A DNA stretch of 64,000 nt, taken from Acidobacteriota bacterium. GTDB taxonomy: Bacteria; Acidobacteriota; Terriglobia; Bryobacterales; UBA6623. The notes below the pieces were generated by a model that had not been told where the DNA came from, ran no database searches, and worked only from the letters and a program-made list of their open reading frames with translations. Below are positions 28,934-38,510 of this stretch, in pieces (the first letter of the stretch is position 1; each line of letters begins with the position of its first letter). The position numbers were made by a program, and so were the translations under genes. The DNA lies in the NCBI GenBank assembly GCA_016125275.1, contig WGMB01000003.1, positions 1,155,896-1,219,895 on the forward strand. Reading direction: 5' to 3'.

Positions 28934-29647
28934 ATGGGGTCCGATGTGGGTCCGCCGATGAACGGCAGCGGCGAAGGATTGACGGTCGACCGGCTCTGCA
29001 AGGAGTATCCGACGCCCACTGTTCCGCTCCCCATCCTCCAGAACATCACCTTCTCACTCCAGCGCGGCGAATCCATGGCCGTGATGGGTCCTTCCGGCTC
29101 CGGCAAGAGCACGCTGCTCTACATCCTGGGAGCGCTCGAGCAGCCCACCTCCGGCTCGGTGCGTTTGGGCGCCGACGAGCCCTTTACGCTGAATCCGAAA
29201 CAACTCGCGGCCTTTCGCAATCATAAGATCGGCTTCGTTTTTCAGGATCACCACCTATTGCCGCAATGCACCGCGCTCGAAAACGTCCTGATCCCGACCC
29301 TGGCCGAAGGGGCTGGGGCTGAGGCGGGCGTGGAAGAGCGCGCCCGCGGCCTGCTCGAACGCGTCGGGCTGTCCGGACGGATGGACCATCGGCCCGCCGA
29401 GCTCTCCGGCGGCGAACGCCAGCGCGTCGCCATCGCCCGCGCCTTGATCCGCCGCCCCGCCCTGCTGCTGGGCGATGAGCCTACGGGCAATCTCGACCGC
29501 AAGACGGCTGACTCCATCGCCGATCTGCTGCTCGAGTTGCACTCTGAGGCGCAATCGATTCTAATTCTGGTCACTCACAGCGCCGAGTTGGCGGCTCGTC
29601 TGCCCCGGCGCGCTGAGTTGCTCGACGGGAGGTTGGAGGTCGCCTGA
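28934..29647 (+). CDS. ABC transporter ATP-binding protein (LolD/FtsE/MacB-type ATPase); no permease gene adjacent
   Basis: Walker [13 protein letters not shown] signature LSGGERQR, Walker B LLLGDEPT. Start ATG 28934 or 28958. Confidence 0.8.
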   Translation: MGSDVGPPMNGSGEGLTVDRLCKEYPTPTVPLPILQNITFSLQRGESMAVMGPSGSGKSTLLYILGALEQPTSGSVRLGADEPFTLNPKQLAAFRNHKIGFVFQDHHLLPQCTALENVLIPTLAEGAGAEAGVEERARGLLERVGLSGRMDHRPAELSGGERQRVAIARALIRRPALLLGDEPTGNLDRKTADSIADLLLELHSEAQSILILVTHSAELAARLPRRAELLDGRLEVA

Positions 29648-29678
29648 GGAGGCAGGCCGACGAAACCAAAGGGGGTTC

Positions 29679-30932
29679 ATGCAACACGCAAAAGTCTTGG
29701 GAATCATTCTGGCCGGTGGAAAAGGCACGCGGCTCTACCCGCTGACGAAGGAACGCTCAAAGCCGGCCGTGCCGTTCGGCGGCAAGTACAGAATCGTCGA
29801 TTTTGTGATGAGCAACTTCGTCAATTCCGGCATCTATTCGATCTACGTCCTCACCCAGTTCAAGAGCCAGTCCCTGTTGCAGCACTTGCGCGACGCCTGG
29901 CAGTTCTCCAACCTCCTCAACAGCCAGTTCATCATCCCCGTGCCCGCCCAGATGCGCAAAGGCGAGCACTGGTACAAAGGCACCTCCGACGCGATCTACC
30001 AGAACATCCACCTGCTCGAGCTCTCGCGCCCCGAGATGGTGGCCGTCTTCGGCGCCGACCACATCTACCGCATGGACATCTCCCAGATGGTCCGCTACCA
30101 CCAGGAGAAAGGCGCCAAGGGGACCGTCGCCGCGCTGCCCGTGCGGGTGGAAGAAGCCAGTCAGTTCGGCACCATGCTGGTGGACGAGGACTGGCGCATC
30201 CTCGAGTTCAAGGAAAAGACCAATGACCCGCCGGAGATCCCCGGTCGCCCCGGCTGGACGCTGGCCTCGATGGGCAACTACATCTTCGACACCGAAGTGC
30301 TCGTGCAGGAGCTGCGCCGCGACGCCGCCAATCCCAACAGCGGCCACGACTTCGGCGGCAACATGCTGCCGGAGATGATCCACGAGCACCCGCTCTACGC
30401 CTACGACTTCTTCTCGAACGTGGTGCCGGGCGAACTGCCGGAAAACCGTGGCTACTGGCGAGACGTGGGCACCATCGAGGCCTACTACGAGGCCAACATG
30501 GATCTGCGGTCGGTGAAGCCGGCCTTGAACCTCTACAACTACCAGTGGCCGCTCCGGACCGCCGAGTATCCGCAAGGCCCCACCAAGTTCACCTTCGACG
30601 AAGACAATCGTCGCGGCCACGCGCTGAACTCCGTCGTGTCGGAAGGCTGCATCCTGGCCGGCGGAGAGGTCCGCAACTCGATCCTGGGCCGGCGGGTCTT
30701 CATCGACAACGGCGCCACCATCGAAGACTCCATCGTGATGGACGGCTGCTACATCGGCGCCGGGGCCAAGATCCGGCGGGCGATCGTGGACAAGAACGCG
30801 CGCGTGCAGGCCGGCGAGCGAGTGGGCTTCGACGCCAAGCACGATCGCCAAAAGCATCATGTTTCGACGACCGGCATCGTGGTGGTCGAAGGACACCGCT
30901 CACCGATCCCCGTTTGGCCGGTCGCGGTCTGA
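29679..30932 (+). CDS. glgC: glucose-1-phosphate adenylyltransferase
   Basis: ILAGGKGTRLYPLTKERSKPAVPFGGKYRIVDF… is the canonical GlgC N-terminus. AAAGGGGG Shine-Dalgarno. 417 aa. Confidence 0.9.
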   Translation: MQHAKVLGIILAGGKGTRLYPLTKERSKPAVPFGGKYRIVDFVMSNFVNSGIYSIYVLTQFKSQSLLQHLRDAWQFSNLLNSQFIIPVPAQMRKGEHWYKGTSDAIYQNIHLLELSRPEMVAVFGADHIYRMDISQMVRYHQEKGAKGTVAALPVRVEEASQFGTMLVDEDWRILEFKEKTNDPPEIPGRPGWTLASMGNYIFDTEVLVQELRRDAANPNSGHDFGGNMLPEMIHEHPLYAYDFFSNVVPGELPENRGYWRDVGTIEAYYEANMDLRSVKPALNLYNYQWPLRTAEYPQGPTKFTFDEDNRRGHALNSVVSEGCILAGGEVRNSILGRRVFIDNGATIEDSIVMDGCYIGAGAKIRRAIVDKNARVQAGERVGFDAKHDRQKHHVSTTGIVVVEGHRSPIPVWPVAV

Positions 30933-31121
30933 GATTCCGCCGAAAAAACGCGGGACTGCGAAGATCAGCATTGACCACCACAATAGAGTGGTGCTATTCT
31001 TCTCCTGCTGGGAGGACGTCATGCTGATCTTCGCCAAATCGCAGAGGTTCCAACGCCTCACGGGTGCGGGCTCTCTGAGTCACCGTATGCCGGCGACAGA
31101 TCGGCCCAACCAGCTCCACCC

Positions 31122-31195
31122 CTGGATATAGCTCAATCGGTAAGAGCATCAGACTCGTAATCTGACGGTCGCGGGTTCGACTCCCGCTATCCCAA
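31122..31195 (+). tRNA. tRNA-Thr (anticodon CGT) with two mismatched acceptor-stem pairs (1-72, 2-71); possible degenerate copy
   Basis: Hand-folded: D-arm GCTC/GAGC, anticodon stem TCAGA/TCTGA with loop CT-CGT-AA, T-arm GCGGG-TTCGACT-CCCGC. The acceptor pairs at 5 of 7 positions (CTGGATA vs TATCCCA). No encoded CCA. Strong similarity to canonical tRNA-Thr(CGU). Confidence 0.55.
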
Positions 31196-31445
31196 CCCCT
31201 GATTAAGGTTCAGGACCAACACGAGTGAACCGGGTCGCGCTTCGCGCCGAGAGAGCCTTTCGAGGTTCCCGAAGCAGCGCGTCCTCGGCTTTGCGCCTCC
31301 GTGGAAACTGCTCTTCCCAACCGTACGTGATGTTTGCGTGCGGACGGATGGGCTCGTAGCGAAGGCCCGCCGCAGGCTGCGTGAAGCGCGCCCCGGGGAT
31401 CTTTTTTCCCAGCAACGAATGCACTGGAAGAGGAGGTGATTTGCC

Positions 31446-32555
31446 ATGATCCGCCGCATTCTCGTCGGAGACAACGAGCGCGTCTTGCTCATCCGCAAGC
31501 GGCGCTTCGAAACGATTCTGGAGCCGGGCCGGTACTGGCGCTTCGGACTCGGCCTGGAGACCGAGCCGCACAGCATGCGTTACCCCGCGCTCACCAGCGA
31601 GTGGGCCGACTTTCTCGTCGTCCAGCGGCCGGAAGTCGCCGCGCGCCACTTCGTCGTGGTCGAAACGGGCGAGTCCGAGGTCGCTGTCATCACGCTCGAC
31701 GGCAAGGTCGCCCGCATCATCGGGCCGGCCCAGCGGGTGCTGTTCTGGCGCGCCACGGCCGAGATCGCCTTTGAGCGCATCGACGTGACGGCCGAGCCGG
31801 AAGTTCCGTCGCGGCTGCTGGCGCCGCTGGCGCGTCTGGGCGCGCAGTCGCTGGCGACGCTCACGCTGATCGAGGAGGGCAAGCGCGGCTTGGTCTACCT
31901 CGATGGCCGGCTCGTGCGCGAGCTCGGCCCCGGCGCCTACGGCTTCTGGAGCGCCGTCTCGACGCCTCGCATCGAGGTGGCAGAGCTGCGTCGCCAGACC
32001 CTAGAGGTGTCGGGCCAGGAGATCCTGACGCGCGACAAGGTCGCCATCCGCGTGAACGTCTCGGCGGTGTTCGAGGTGGTCAACGCTGCGGCCACGCGCG
32101 CCGGCGTCACCGACGTCAAGGAGCACCTGTATCGCACGGTCCAGATCGCCGTGCGCCAGTACCTGGGCAAGCGCACTCTGGAAGAGATGCTCGCCGAGAA
32201 GACCGACCTCGACGCGGCCGTGGCCGCCGAGGTGCGCCGGGAGATGGAGCCGTTCGGCGTCCGGGTGGGCGTGATCGCCCTCAAGGACGTGGTGTTGCCC
32301 GGCGATGTGCGGGACATCTTGAACCAGGTCGTGACGGCGGAGAAGCAGGCCCAGGCCAACCTGATCCGCCGGCGCGAAGAGGTAGCGGCGACTCGCTCGC
32401 TGCTCAACACGGCCAAGCTGATGGAGGAAAACCCTCTGCTGGTGCGGCTCAAGGAGCTCGAGTCGCTCGAGAAGGTCGCTGACAAGGTGGAGAAGATCAC
32501 CGTGGTCGGCGGTCTGAGCGCCCTGCTCGAGCGGACCGTAACCATCAACAACTAA
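31446..32555 (+). CDS. SPFH/band-7 domain protein (slipin-like)
   Basis: GGAGGTG Shine-Dalgarno. 369 aa. SPFH core with coiled-coil C-terminus (…VVTAEKQAQANLIRRREEVAATRSLLNTAKLMEENPLLVRLKELESLEK…). Preceded by a 247-bp AT-richer leader. Confidence 0.75.
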   Translation: MIRRILVGDNERVLLIRKRRFETILEPGRYWRFGLGLETEPHSMRYPALTSEWADFLVVQRPEVAARHFVVVETGESEVAVITLDGKVARIIGPAQRVLFWRATAEIAFERIDVTAEPEVPSRLLAPLARLGAQSLATLTLIEEGKRGLVYLDGRLVRELGPGAYGFWSAVSTPRIEVAELRRQTLEVSGQEILTRDKVAIRVNVSAVFEVVNAAATRAGVTDVKEHLYRTVQIAVRQYLGKRTLEEMLAEKTDLDAAVAAEVRREMEPFGVRVGVIALKDVVLPGDVRDILNQVVTAEKQAQANLIRRREEVAATRSLLNTAKLMEENPLLVRLKELESLEKVADKVEKITVVGGLSALLERTVTINN

Positions 32556-32592
32556 CCCAACGAGCCCCCGGATCGCTCCGGGGGCTCCGCGG
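32364..32592 (+). repeat. direct repeat copy A (3' end of the SPFH gene plus ~37 bp downstream); partner at 34583..34809
   Basis: About 229 bp, ~87% identical to copy B by manual alignment. Confidence 0.7.
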
Positions 32593-32700
32593 CTTGTCCC
32601 CGAGCCCTCCGCCGAAACCCTAGGCGTCGCCTCGACCTTGCTGGGCCCTCTGGAAGCTGCCGCCTGAACCGGAACGGCGAGTCGAGACGTAACCCGTTCC

Positions 32701-33873
32701 TTGATCCCACAAAGCAGAACGGCCTGCGCCGCGCTCGTCCTCGCTTGCCTCAACTGTGCGTCGTCGGGATGGGCCCAACGACTATCCGTCGGGGTCGTCG
32801 GCGGCACCAGCTTCACCAACGACTTCTCGCCCCGCTACAGCGAGGCCTACCCAAGCATCCCCACCTATCGCTCGGCCCGGACCGGCGGCTTTCTGGCCGG
32901 GCTCTCGCTGGAGTACGATCTGACTGAGCGTTTATCCGTGGAGGTGAACGCCCTCAACCGGCCCTTGTACTGGAACGGCAGAGACGTCCGGCCTGACGGG
33001 TCGATCTTGGCGGACTCGACCGCAGCGGTCACGAACTGGCAATTTCCGGCGCTCGTCAAGTACCGACTGCACACAACCGGCCTCACGCCGTTCGTCGAAG
33101 CCGGCCCCTCGTTTCGGGTCCTCGGCAATCTCGGAGGTGACAACCCCTTCCATATGGGTGCGACGGCTGGGGCCGGAGTCGAATGGCGAGCGCGTCATTG
33201 GACCCTTTCTCCGGCACTGCGCTATACGCGTTGGCGGCAAGGCAGCTACGACGTTGACGCCAAGGTTGACCAACTCGAAGGCCTCATCACAATCAGCCAC
33301 CGATCCGAAAACAACGGCCGGCCTTTCGGTCAAGACGTGTCGTTCGGCGTCCTATTGGGAACGACCCTGACCTCGGACTTTCGCGAGAAGGTGTTTACCG
33401 GCGAGATTCGTCCCGACGATCCGTTCTATCCTCCGGGCCTGGCCACATATCGCTATCTCCCCGGCCCCAGGAGCGTCCTCGCAGGGCCCACGCTGGAGTG
33501 GCGGTGGAACCGGCGGCTCTCGGTTGAAGCCTCCGCACTCTACCGCAGGCTGCGCCAGAAGACCGAAGTGACCTACTCGGACGGCTCCGTCCAGAGCGCG
33601 TGCTGCAACAGCGCAGGCCTAGCCATTTGGGAACTGCCAGTGCTCGCCAAGATCGCGCTCCCTGGGCGAACGTTCGTCGGCGCCGGCCCGGCCTTCCGCA
33701 CCTATGGGGCCGGCGACGACCCTCACTATGGACTCGCTCTTGCCGCCGGCCTCAGAACGCAATGGGGCGGCCTGCGCTTGGCTCCACAGATTCGCTATAC
33801 CCGCTGGGCGAGGAACGAGCTGCGGATGAAGCCTGCCGATCAAGTCCAAGTTCTCATTGGCGTCTCGTTCTAG
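32701..33873 (+). CDS. outer-membrane beta-barrel protein (porin-like), secreted
   Basis: TTG start; signal peptide ending GWAQ. Alternating amphipathic strands. C-terminal …VLIGVSF with terminal aromatic, an OMP sorting signal. Confidence 0.6.
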   Translation: MIPQSRTACAALVLACLNCASSGWAQRLSVGVVGGTSFTNDFSPRYSEAYPSIPTYRSARTGGFLAGLSLEYDLTERLSVEVNALNRPLYWNGRDVRPDGSILADSTAAVTNWQFPALVKYRLHTTGLTPFVEAGPSFRVLGNLGGDNPFHMGATAGAGVEWRARHWTLSPALRYTRWRQGSYDVDAKVDQLEGLITISHRSENNGRPFGQDVSFGVLLGTTLTSDFREKVFTGEIRPDDPFYPPGLATYRYLPGPRSVLAGPTLEWRWNRRLSVEASALYRRLRQKTEVTYSDGSVQSACCNSAGLAIWELPVLAKIALPGRTFVGAGPAFRTYGAGDDPHYGLALAAGLRTQWGGLRLAPQIRYTRWARNELRMKPADQVQVLIGVSF

Positions 33874-34036
33874 GCGCGCCGGTCGCCGTCAACGGGATGA
33901 CCAACCAGTTACCTTGCGGCCCCGCAACGACCGAGCCTGACGGCGAACCCCTCTTTCGAGCGCCATGATAGAAGTTGGCCGTTCGAAGCGGGTTGCAGCA
34001 CCGGCGGAGGGGCATCGGTCGGCGATCCTAAGACAC

Positions 34037-34543
34037 ATGCCAGGCGACTTGGGAGAGACGGCGGTCATCCGGCGCGAAGCTCCCGGTGACGAACCAAGCA
34101 TCCATCGGGTCCACCTGCTGGCGTTTTCGAGCTCGGCCGAGCCCGATCTCGTCGACGCGCTACGGCGCTCCGGCTCCGCCGTCCTGTCGCTGGTCGCCGA
34201 GATCGACGGCGAGATCGTCGGGCATGTCTTGTTCAGTCGTCTGGACGCCCCAATGCGAGCCCTCGCGCTGGCTCCGGTGGGCGTGCTTCCGGAACGCCAG
34301 GGGCGAGGCGTCGGCTCCCTGCTCATCCGAACCGGGCTCCGCGAGGCGCAGAAGGAGGGCTGGAGCGCTGTGTTCGTCGTCGGCGATCCGGCGTACTACG
34401 AGCGGTTCGGCTTCAACGTCGGGGCGGCCGAGAGCTTCCAGAGCCCCTATGCCGGAGAGTTCTTCCAGGTTTGCCTTTTCGACGCCTCGGGGCCGCGCCA
34501 GGGCGCCATCGCCTACCCGGCGCCCTTCGCCGCGATGGAATGA
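34037..34543 (+). CDS. GNAT-family N-acetyltransferase
   Basis: 169 aa from ATG 34037. …VGVLPERQGRGVGSLLI… is the acetyl-CoA binding motif A. The track ORF starts earlier at 33965. Confidence 0.7.
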   Translation: MPGDLGETAVIRREAPGDEPSIHRVHLLAFSSSAEPDLVDALRRSGSAVLSLVAEIDGEIVGHVLFSRLDAPMRALALAPVGVLPERQGRGVGSLLIRTGLREAQKEGWSAVFVVGDPAYYERFGFNVGAAESFQSPYAGEFFQVCLFDASGPRQGAIAYPAPFAAME

Positions 34544-34582
34544 CCCGACCTCCCACCGACCGGCCGTCAGCTCATCCCGCGA

Positions 34583-34773
34583 ATCCGCCGGCGCGAAGAG
34601 GTGGCTGCGACGCGTTCGCTGCTCAACACGGCCAAGCTGATGGAGGAGAACCTCTGCTGGTGCGGCTCCAGGAGCTCGAGCCGCTCGAGAAGATCGCCGG
34701 CAAGGTGGAGAAGGTCGCCGTGGTCGGCGTCCTGAACGCCCTTCTCAAGCGGACCGTGACCATCAACAACTAG
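34583..34773 (+). pseudogene. frameshifted C-terminal fragment of an SPFH-family gene
   Basis: Encodes IRRREEVAATRSLLNTAKLMEEN, then after a 1-nt frameshift …LLVRLQELEPLEKIAGKVEKVAVVGVLNALLKRTVTINN*. No N-terminal SPFH domain. Confidence 0.6.
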
Positions 34774-34809
34774 CCCGACGAGCCCCGGATCGATTCGGAG
34801 GCTCCGCGA
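34583..34809 (+). repeat. direct repeat copy B (partner of 32364..32592)
   Basis: See copy A. Contains a 1-bp deletion relative to copy A (gaaaacc to gagaacc). Confidence 0.7.
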
Positions 34810-35221
34810 CGTGCGCTCAGCCCTGGGGCCGGCTCCCGTCGCCGTCGTCCAGTTTCCATGCATCGGCGCTCAACGCGGTCTCGCTCCTTCTCGCGGACAG
34901 GCTCCTCCGCCGCCCGTCCCCGAGCGATCTGTGAATTTCTCGTCGCGATAGGGCGAATTATCACATCGAATCAAATCTGATCACGAGGCACAACTCGTAT
35001 CCGTCCACGAAGCGCCCCGAGTCTCGACGATGCTTGCGCCGACTTCCGTCCGATGGCCCCCAGAGCCGCCTTCAGCGGCAAAAAGCGCCGAGCAGCCCAC
35101 GTTTCTCAGGACGTGTAATGAACCGGAGAGAGGCGACATCAACCGCGAAACTGTCACCGCGAGCGATCCGTTCGATCGTCGGCGCTACCCAACTCAACAA
35201 ACCCCAAAAAGGAGGAAATCC

Positions 35222-35989
35222 ATGCACTATTCCGGCCTCGTGTTTCGAGGATTACTCTCGACAGCTCTACTGCTGATCGCAAGCCCTACTGTCCCGGCCC
35301 AGACCGCGGATGTCACCACCGTCTCCGCCGTCAGCAACGGCCCTGTGGTCGCCCCGGATTCGTTGGCGACCACTTGGGGCGCGAGCTTCACCACCGAAAC
35401 CGCCGCCGCCGAGAGCGTGCCGCTGCCCACCAACCTCGGCGGCGTCGGGATCAGCGTCACCGGCGTGGACTCCATGCAGGCGCAAGCCTCTCTCTACCTG
35501 GCGTCGCCCGAGCAGATCAACTTCCTGGTACCGGAACAGACCGCGCTGGGCTTGGGAGCCGTCACCGTGATGGCCAACGGCGCTAACCGCGTGGGCGACG
35601 TGCTGGTGTCCAACGTGGCCCCGGCCCTCATCACCGTCAACTCGATGGGAACCGGCACCGCCGCCGGGCAAGTCGTTCGCGTCGGCGGCTCCGGAACGCC
35701 GGTCGTTGACCAGACGGTCGACTCCATTCTGGTGGGCGAGCAGAACACGGCCGCCTACTTGATGCTCTACGGAACCGGCATCCGCGGCCACTCCGCCAAC
35801 CCTGTGCAGGCGATGATCCACCAAACGAAGGTCCCCGTGCTCTACGCCGGTGCGCAGAGCGAATATCCCGGCCTCGATCAGATCAACGTCGGTCCGCTCC
35901 CCGCCTCGCTGGCCGGCAGCGGAACCGTGGATCTGGAACTGTTCGTCGACGGCGTCCCCGCCAACGTCGTCACCGTCACCTTCCAGTAG
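35222..35989 (+). CDS. secreted protein with Solibacter-type C-terminal Ig-like domain (TIGR03437-like)
   Basis: AAGGAGG Shine-Dalgarno. Signal peptide. Pattern …YLASPEQINFLVP…VTV…APALITVNSMGTGTAAGQ…LYGTGIRG…QINVGPLPASLAGSGTVDLELFVDGVPANVVTVTFQ. Confidence 0.55.
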   Translation: MHYSGLVFRGLLSTALLLIASPTVPAQTADVTTVSAVSNGPVVAPDSLATTWGASFTTETAAAESVPLPTNLGGVGISVTGVDSMQAQASLYLASPEQINFLVPEQTALGLGAVTVMANGANRVGDVLVSNVAPALITVNSMGTGTAAGQVVRVGGSGTPVVDQTVDSILVGEQNTAAYLMLYGTGIRGHSANPVQAMIHQTKVPVLYAGAQSEYPGLDQINVGPLPASLAGSGTVDLELFVDGVPANVVTVTFQ

Positions 35990-36051
35990 CGGGCGCGTTC
36001 CTGCAGCAGAAACCATTCATCCAACAACCAGAAATCATCAGGAGAAGCACT

Positions 36052-36909
36052 ATGACGACCATCGGACGCATTGGAAACAGCTTGAAGAATCGCCTACCGG
36101 AAGCCAGCCGCCGGAGGTTCCTTCAGAAACTCGGGATCGCCGGGGCAGGCCTCGGGGTCGTGGCCGCCTCGGGAGGAACCGCGGCGCGGGCGCAGTCGAG
36201 CGTCACCGACGCCGACATCGTTCAGTTCGCGCTCAATCTCGAATACCTCGAGGCGGAGTTCTACACCATGGCCTCGACCGGGATGTCGATCGCCGATCAC
36301 GGCATCGAGATCGACGGCAGCGGAGCCCCCGGCGAGACGACCGGCGGGCAGAAGGTCACCTTCATCGAGGGCTCGTCGCTGGCGATCAGCGCCGAGCAGA
36401 TCGGCGCCGACGAACGCGCACACGTTGCGCTGCTGCGGACTACCTTGATGTCGCTGGGCATCACGCCGATCGCCAAGCCCGCCATCAACCTCGAGGCGCT
36501 CTCCACCGGCTTCGAGAGCCAGGAGGCCTTCATCAACTTGGCGCGGGCCTTTGAGGATGTGGGAGTCTCGGCCTACGGCGGCGCGGCCCCGTTGATCGAG
36601 AACAAAGACATTCTCGGCGCCGCCGCCCGCATCCTGGCCGCCGAGGCCGAGCACACCGCCAACCTGCGCTTACACGCCAGCCTCTACAAGGCTGAGACGA
36701 TCACCGTCGACGGCATCGACACGGCGCCCCCTCCCAGCGGCGAGAACTACTTCACCACCGACGCCAACGGCCTCACGCCCATCCGTACGCCGGGCGAAGT
36801 GCTGTACATCGTATATGGGAGCATGGCCAACGCCACGTCCGGCGGCTTCTTCCCGAACGGCTTCAACGGAACGATCAACATGGCCGGCACGGAAGCGATG
36901 GCTTCCTGA
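36052..36909 (+). CDS. Tat-secreted ferritin-like domain protein
   Basis: Tat motif SRRRFLQKLGIAGAG. QFALNLEYLEAEFY and …AAEAEHTA… are ferritin-like di-iron-type helices. AGGAGA Shine-Dalgarno. Confidence 0.65.
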   Translation: MTTIGRIGNSLKNRLPEASRRRFLQKLGIAGAGLGVVAASGGTAARAQSSVTDADIVQFALNLEYLEAEFYTMASTGMSIADHGIEIDGSGAPGETTGGQKVTFIEGSSLAISAEQIGADERAHVALLRTTLMSLGITPIAKPAINLEALSTGFESQEAFINLARAFEDVGVSAYGGAAPLIENKDILGAAARILAAEAEHTANLRLHASLYKAETITVDGIDTAPPPSGENYFTTDANGLTPIRTPGEVLYIVYGSMANATSGGFFPNGFNGTINMAGTEAMAS

Positions 36910-36949
36910 ACGGACGGACCCAGCCCCCGGGGTTCCCCCGGGGGTTCCT

Positions 36950-38248
36950 TCACCCCCTCGTTCCGCTGTTCTGTCCCGCAAATCGGCGGTGCGCCAAGAG
37001 AGCCAGCTCGCCGTCCGCCATGGGCGCGCGGTCCCCGCGAAAGACGTGCGAAGGCACGCCGTCGTCGTACCCCTCGGGCGGCGCCGGCCCGTCGGGCGGG
37101 ACGGCTTCCACCAGCGCCAAGTAACGCAACAGAACGTCGAGCGGCCCACCGCCCGGCTCGGTTCGCAACTCCGTCTCGTCCGACGTCAGCACGATCCTCG
37201 CGCCGCCGTCACTGAGCTTCCACAGCACGGCCGCACACAGCGCCACCCGCTCCTCGATCTCCCGTTCCGGCTCGGGACCGTCTTGCAGGCGGCGGTCCAG
37301 GATCAGCCGGACCTGCTGGCGCTCCTCCCGGGCGTACTCCCGGACCCACAAACCGCCGGAACGCGCCGACGCCTTCCAGTGCACGTAGCGGGCTCCGTCC
37401 TGCGGGACCGCCGGGCGGATGCGGTACAGGTCGTGGCTATCTCCGGCCGAGCGCCCCAGCGACTGCGCTTCCAAGGCCGCCACGATGGCGTCGGAGCGCA
37501 CCGTCGGCGTCACATCCGGGTAGACGATGGTGTCTTCGCTCAGCCGCAGCTCCGTCCGCCGCTCCGACAATCCGAACGGAAAGCGCGTCGCCAGCACCAC
37601 CCGTTCCTCGTTGTGCCGCCCTCGGCGCGAGAAGCTCGCCTCGAGCGAGGCCACGAGCTCCTGCTGGGGCCGGATCACCGGCAGCCAAGCTTCTTCCATG
37701 GACAGACCGCCGGCATCGTCCCGCATCGGCCGCAGCCGCACGCCGTATGACGCCGTCCAGCGCTTGTCGTTGGCGATGCCCACGCGCGCCCGCAAGGTTT
37801 GGCCGGCGAACAGGCGATCCGGCAGGGCCAGCCGCAGCCTCAGGCCCTCCAAAGTTCCGCGCGCCACCAAGCCGCTCACCAGCAGCGCCCCGAGCATGGC
37901 GCTCAGGGTCAGGTAGATCAGGTTGTTGCCGGAATAGATCGCGGCCCCGCCGACCACCAGCGTGAAGGCCACGAATAGCACTCCCGCGGGCGTGATCGGC
38001 AGCCGCCAGACGGCTCGCAGCGAGCGCAGCCGGCGAAAGCTCTCCAACCGCCGGGCGGACCAATACAGCGCCTGTCCGCACAGCAACAGGGACGCTGACG
38101 CCGTCGCCAGCCCGGCGCCGATGCGACCGCTGGCGTACAACTGATGCGCCAGCAGCGCCAGCCCCATGGCCACGCCCAGCACCCCGGCCAGGAGCCAGCT
38201 TCGAAAACCCGCCCGCGAGAGCAACGGCTTGAGCAGAGGCGACGCCAC
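36950..38248 (-). CDS. DUF58 domain membrane protein
   Basis: N-terminal TM helices with YSGNNLIYL, then YRIRPAVPQDGARYVHWKASARSGGLWVREY, characteristic of DUF58. GTG start. No MoxR or VWA partner genes nearby. Confidence 0.6.
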   Translation of the reverse strand: MASPLLKPLLSRAGFRSWLLAGVLGVAMGLALLAHQLYASGRIGAGLATASASLLLCGQALYWSARRLESFRRLRSLRAVWRLPITPAGVLFVAFTLVVGGAAIYSGNNLIYLTLSAMLGALLVSGLVARGTLEGLRLRLALPDRLFAGQTLRARVGIANDKRWTASYGVRLRPMRDDAGGLSMEEAWLPVIRPQQELVASLEASFSRRGRHNEERVVLATRFPFGLSERRTELRLSEDTIVYPDVTPTVRSDAIVAALEAQSLGRSAGDSHDLYRIRPAVPQDGARYVHWKASARSGGLWVREYAREERQQVRLILDRRLQDGPEPEREIEERVALCAAVLWKLSDGGARIVLTSDETELRTEPGGGPLDVLLRYLALVEAVPPDGPAPPEGYDDGVPSHVFRGDRAPMADGELALLAHRRFAGQNSGTRG

Positions 38249-38510
38249 GTTACGCTTCCCGTCCGGATTGTATCAGCGGTCGCCGCGGGGCGCGCTCGCC
38301 CGCCGGCGGGCTGAAGGAACCGGTGCAAATCAAAATAATACCCCTTGAATTCAGGCTGGGATTCCCAGAACTCCTGGGTGCTTTTGTTCTGGACAGAGCC
38401 GCCTCGCAGAGCCTATTCTTGCGGGGCCGCTGCGCGGGATCCCCCCGAAACCGTGATCCCGGCGCCGCCCACGCTCGAGCAGGGGTTCTTCGTTGAGGAG
38501 TGATTTCCAC

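Noticed and set aside
32364-34809. Interpretation as an integrated mobile element or genomic island (direct repeats near a tRNA)
   Set aside because: No integrase, recombinase, transposase or excisionase is present, and the repeats are of a protein-coding 3' end rather than of the tRNA. Kept only as a repeat/pseudogene finding.
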